NCBI GenBank assembly: GCA_965644495.1
Contig: CBFFSA010000002.1
Location: forward strand, 1,240,001 to 1,304,000
Direction of reading: 5' to 3'
DNA: 64,000 nucleotides
From: Perkinsela sp. CCAP 1560/9
Taxonomy: Eukaryota > Protista > Euglenozoa: Kinetoplastea
In this document: positions 59,224 to 64,000 of the stretch, piece after piece
Numbering within the stretch: the first letter of the stretch is position 1
How the letters are laid out: the number at the start of each line of letters is the position of its first letter
Made by a program: the position numbers and the translations under genes
Notes under the pieces: model-generated
Told to the model about the DNA's origin: nothing
The model's database searches: none
What the model saw: the letters and a program-made list of their open reading frames with translations, nothing else

Positions 59224-59916
59224 TTACTTCATGCGAGAACGAAGGCCATTTTTCACAACAATACGCGTCGCCCTCACATCGTAACTCAACATTTTTTCCA
59301 GTTCCTCCACATGTAACGTCCCCTCCAGTCTTGCATTCCCATTAACATACAACTTCATCAAGGAGGTGGGCATCAACGTAAAATCAACGTTCCCGGAAAA
59401 CTGATTCTCGCTGATATTCAGCACCTCCAACAACTGTGGAAGGCACGCGAACAACAGCGGCCCGGTAAACCGATTCCGCGCAATCGACACAAACGTCAAC
59501 GAGGCTGGCAAAACGTTTTGTTCAAAATTCTCACACAATGCCCCACATTGGTTATTATTGGGCAAATATAAAAATACAAGAGTACTGGGGAGGTGGTTCC
59601 AAATTAGCGACCCCTCGAGACCGTAGTCCGCCCAATTCATACAAAACACCTCTCCCCGGGGGTCACACATAACTCCCTCCCAGCCACACCCCGGGGTGTG
59701 GGTGTCCCAGGAGGGGCGGGGGTTGGTGATCTCTCGGACAAGCTTGGCTAAAACAAATTCCAGGGGTAACGCAATCCCAGTGAGTTTGGCTGCACGGGAA
59801 GGGTGCGAAATGGATGGGGCATTTTGCGGAAAAGAGGGGGGGGTGCAATCGTCCATGCAGCCCACATGGGACATAGCAGTGGGGTAGAAAAGGGACACCA
59901 TAGCTATCGTGTACAT
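59224..59916 (-). CDS. Short LRR protein
   Basis: SRAAKLTGIALPLEFVL...GCGWEGVMC cap plus ~4 LRRs. Confidence 0.85.
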   Translation of the reverse strand: MYTIAMVSLFYPTAMSHVGCMDDCTPPSFPQNAPSISHPSRAAKLTGIALPLEFVLAKLVREITNPRPSWDTHTPGCGWEGVMCDPRGEVFCMNWADYGLEGSLIWNHLPSTLVFLYLPNNNQCGALCENFEQNVLPASLTFVSIARNRFTGPLLFACLPQLLEVLNISENQFSGNVDFTLMPTSLMKLYVNGNARLEGTLHVEELEKMLSYDVRATRIVVKNGLRSRMK

Positions 59917-60832
59917 TGAGATATACTCCTCCTCGCATTGATTTTTATAAATATGTATTATAACAAAAAAGAAAATTTATATTTATAACTATTAAAATCA
60001 ATGAGAATGCTTTCCAAAGATACCGGAGACCCGCCAGTAAACGACCCCCGGTAAGAGAGATTGGCTTGGGAGGCTGGCTGGTTGGCGGGGCTGAACGGGC
60101 GGGGGTTGTTGGACGGGTAAGGGTGGGTGAGCGGGGTGAGGGTTATTGGGAGGGCTGTGGTACGAAGTTGTCTGGACAGAAAATGAATGCACACATGAGT
60201 AAAAGAGGTCTTAAACAGAGTGGGAATCCGAGTTCAACTCCTTTCGAAGACGTGTGTGCGAAACACAACGTGTGTGCGATAAATGTGATATAACGACTAC
60301 TTGTAGAAGGGGAAGGAGCATTTAATCAAAACAACCCAGGCTAAAGTGGACGACGGAGTTACTCGTCCTTGCGCCCTCTCCTTCCTCTAAGGTCTTGAGC
60401 GTCACACACGTCCAGTGTGTGTTAAATTTGGCCTTTGCAGGTGTATTACTAGAACAGGTTGAAGATGTATCTAACGAAACCAAAGCGCATACAGGTACAT
60501 CAGGGCCCAAACTGTCCAAATACGGTCGAGGAGTTAATTTGGGATTCTTTTATTTTCACCCACGAATTTTCAGGTTTTCATTTCGAAAACTCACCTGACA
60601 CAAAATGAGGCCACAAATCGGGCACGACGAATTAACCTACGGTGCCGAGGGAATAGTGCCTCCCTCTATATTTTCTAGCATGTCGTGAAAGCTTTGTGCG
60701 AACATAATCAAATTTATTGATCATAATCAAATTTAACATAATCAAATTTATTGATTTCACAATTTTTATAATTTTTTTTTTCGAAAATTCTATCTTGCCA
60801 TTTATAAAAATCAATGAGAGACAGAGTAGATA

Positions 60833-61129
60833 CCATCCCCCCTATATAATAGGGCTATGTGTCACCCCCCTTTAACAGGGCCATTTTGTCTGGAAGGCCA
60901 AAAAGAGATTTCAGGGAAAGTGCCAAAAAATTGTTGAATGCACCGCGAAGCGGCGGATTCTTTTTCCGTATCTACCAAAAGTGTATCAAAAAGGAGTAGG
61001 ACCTTGTTTCTCAACGATAAAAAAGCCGTGAGGCGGCGCCGATTTGTTTCTTTCATATTATTTTCCATGTCCCCCCATTTATTAAGGCCTTTTGCCCAAA
61101 ATCGGAGTCCTATTAAATAGGGGGGGTAG
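60833..61129. mobile_element. TA-flanked MITE
   Basis: ta|ccatcccccctatataataggg ... cctattaaatagggggggtag|ta; a related end occurs at ~8449-8506. Confidence 0.65.
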
Positions 61130-61132
61130 TAG

Positions 61133-61230
<98 letters not shown>
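61133..61230. repeat. (GATA)n microsatellite, ~24 units
   Basis: Seen directly. Confidence 0.98.
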
Positions 61231-61523
61231 CAGTAACTCAAAAAAGTGTTCAAATGTTTCGACATTTTTTAATGTTTTTATTTTTTACCAAAGAGAATCA
61301 GAGGATAATGCTGTAGTATATGGTAGTAGTGTAGGCTGGGGTAGTGCTTATATCCCCACGTACTTTGAGTTCATCAACGATCTTACTACGAAAAACTACG
61401 AAAAACTATGAAAGATATAATGTCAATCCAACATATGAACACTTTTTTGCCTTTTTTTCGGACACGTTTTTTTATAGGAAAACGTTCTATTGCTTCACCC
61501 TTAATGGGCCAAAATATTTAGAC

Positions 61524-62540
61524 TTAATACTTAGTAAGTCCCCCCTTCGCCCTGATGACTTCCCTCAAACGACGGGGCATGCTTTGGACAAGAGGGAGGC
61601 ATGCACTTGGAGGAACTTTCGCCCATGCTTTTTGGGACCGTTCCCATAACTCGATCATTCCTGAGGGTGGGTCGGGGTAATCTGCCGTTGCCTTTTTCAA
61701 TTCAACCCATAGATTTTCTATGGGGTTTAAGTCGGGAGACTGAGGGGGCCAGTCAAGCACACACAGCTCCTGCGAATTTTAAACATCGCGAGCCTTCTTA
61801 CTCGTGTGCTTCGGATCGTTATCCTGTTGGAAGACGATCCGATCCTTCGTGAGACTCAGCTTTTGTAGGGAAGGGGGCAAATTTTGTTGCAGTATTTGAA
61901 CGTACTGCTCGGCGTTCATATTCCCGTGAACCAGCTCAATGGTTCCCACACCGTGCTCCATCATGCAACCCCATATCATGATGGAGCCGCCACCATAATT
62001 GAGCGTACCTTGTGTGTTTCGCTCAGACAGCTCCTCCCCAAAGTCTACCCAAACCCACCGGCTACCATCCGACTCGAAACGGCAGATCTTCGTTTCATCC
62101 GTGAAAATTACACGGCCCCAGTCGGCGTGCGTCCAATGCTCGTACTTTCTTGTAAAAGCAAGACGTAGAGCCTTGTGACGTTTCGTAAGGTAGGGCTTCT
62201 TGACCCTCTTCTTTCCCTTCATACCACGCTTACGAAGGGAAACCCGAATGGTTTCCGGGCAAACATCCGCAATACCTTTGACTCTCAACCTTTTGCTGGC
62301 GGCAACTGCGTCTTTTGTGGCGCCGCTAGTGATGAGACGGCGGACGCGCCTACGGCAAGTATCACTCAGCTTACGTGGGCGACCGGTTGGTTGTCTAGAT
62401 AGCGACGGAAGATATTTATTTTTAATGCGGCTGACATTTCCTACGCTTAAGTTTAAATCGGCGGCCACTCTACGAAGTGAAGATCCGTTTTCAAGTTTTT
62501 CAATAGCAATCTTTCGTAAATAACTCGGTGTACTGTGCAT
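61524..62540 (-). pseudogene. Tc1 family C DD34E transposase with one in-frame TAA (61779-61781)
   Basis: HTH, GRPRKL, FTDETKI, FQQDNDPKH, WPPQSPDLNPIENLW, AKGGLTKY. Confidence 0.93.
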
Positions 62541-62694
62541 AAGTAATGTAGTAAATAGAGCAACTTGGTTTTATTCTCCTATTGTAGATCTTTGTTCTAC
62601 TATGCACAGTACACCGAGTTATTTCCAAATATTTCCAAAATCAGACAAAATACAAGACCTGTAGGGGGGGGGTAAAAGAGGCTGAACACCACTG

Positions 62695-62772
<78 letters not shown>
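62695..62772. repeat. (GATA)n microsatellite, ~19 units
   Basis: Seen directly. Confidence 0.98.
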
Positions 62773-63626
62773 CAGGGGCGGTTGTTCGTTCCCCTAAGGA
62801 AGAGTTTTTGCCGCCTTTTTTTCATACAGACCCCCTGGTGCCCCCTGGGTCCAAAAAACTGTTTTTTGGACGTTTTCTGTGTACACACCCGTTTTTTCCC
62901 GATAATTTCATGTTTTTGTGGTTTATTTGAATTTGTGTAAGCTTAAATAGTCTTCTAATTTCTTTATGCTCAAGCAATGTTTCTGTAGAAACATCAATAG
63001 CTATTTAATAGAGTTTTTCAAACCTCAACAACATGAATACAAGACCGACTAACCCTAAAAGTGGTGAATATGTAGAAGGGTGGAAACTTGGCGAAAACAA
63101 TGGTAAAACAAATATTTTTTAAAAATATTTTCCCCTATTGTACTTTGTTAGTTTGGGACCTATACTCATACCTATGTGCTCTGTGAACACTTATGTGTGT
63201 TCAGTGGTTCTATGGTTCAATGAACACTTTTATGAACCAATAGAACACTTTTTCGATTTTTTTTCGTGACGTACAAACATTTTTTTTTGAAGCTTTGTTT
63301 CATTCAAATGGCCCCAGATGGTACTACACGACCTAGATCCTCACGTACATGTAGGTACATGGCAGAATAGGTGGTGCGAGTCTGTGCCATCGATATGATT
63401 CCAGCGTCAAGGGAGACCACGAAGAGGCCCCAACCCCCAGTTAGGCTGGCCTGAACACGTGTTAGGCGTTTAATCAATTCGGCACACGAACGGTTTTAAT
63501 GCATATAATGTATTCACAGTGCAAAAAGAATGTTTTGTGGAAATGACGACAACAAAGATGAGGAAAAAAATTCAAGCTTTTTCTTTGGGGAAAAAAGTCC
63601 CCTTTCACTTTTTGTGAAACCCAATT

Positions 63627-63791
63627 AAAAGTGACCCACCACTTTTTTTCTTCGTACAAGCGTCCGTTTGAGCTGATTTTTGTAGCATTTTGCAGATCTC
63701 AACACAAAGGCTTTGAGCGTGAAGAAACGAAACAAAAAGAAGCGAATACGTATATTTTAGAGAAGAACTAACATTTTGTCACTTTTTCACC
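63627..63791 (-). mobile_element. Tc1 family A 3'-end fragment
   Basis: Matches 54633-54795 and 6278-6440. Confidence 0.8.
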
Positions 63792-63796
63792 TGCGA

Positions 63797-64000
63797 TCAC
63801 AACCTGTACATGATCCAAATACAACACCGCTCCCCACCCGTGTAAATGGGCGTGCTGTGGATCATACTTTGGGTCCACTCCTGAAGATCCATCCGAGCGG
63901 CATACGGCAGAGGGCTCAGTTCGTACAAACGTTTTGGATCACGGTTTAAAGCGTTAATGCGCCTTCTTACTAACTTCAAAGTAAAATGATGCTCCGGAAT
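63797..64000 (-). pseudogene. RT/RNase H connector fragment of a second YR-retrotransposon family (runs off the window)
   Basis: IPEHHFTLKLVRRRINALNRDPK..LP..ARMDLQEW vs MPRFYFALKVAQRRINLLNRCPK..LP..TRSMLAEW. Confidence 0.72.

Noticed and set aside
60060-60155. G-run cluster as a G-quadruplex regulator (also 7295-7400)
   Set aside because: Composition only; no further support in the sequence.
33728-61781. Stop-codon reassignment, suggested by single in-frame TAG, TGA and TAA in three transposases
   Set aside because: Long host genes have no internal stops and end in all three codons; TE copies also carry frameshifts, so this is ordinary decay.
61231-62694. Intact Tc1 with matching TIRs
   Set aside because: The ends share only CAGT; the right end belongs to the family seen at 48340-48403.

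Overview
Intron-less, transposon-dense eukaryotic DNA, most likely a euglenozoan (kinetoplastid-like) protist. The taxon is inferred from a divergent paraflagellar-rod homologue, a mitochondrial PPR protein, VIPER/TATE-like retroelements, and the fact that every recognisable host gene is on the minus strand. Host genes: a DNA 3'-phosphatase, a PFR-like protein, SPCS2, a PPR protein, and 8 copies plus 1 remnant of a 22-aa-repeat LRR family; two LRR members end in CaaX boxes. Positions 12121-33318 are a near-identical ~8.6 kb tandem amplification (2 full units + 1 partial). Each full unit ends in a 5'-truncated gag-YR-RT/RNaseH tyrosine-recombinase retrotransposon with B-A-B split direct repeats, integrated in a Tc1 transposase; the third unit keeps the empty target. 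The B/A junction forms a dyad that looks like the recombinase site, and the real crossover maps into its spacer. Also present: three Tc1 families, hAT and Merlin remnants, Harbinger-like MITEs, and a pogo element whose transposase is fused in frame to a Ulp1-like protease. Homology calls are by eye from motifs; no searches were run.
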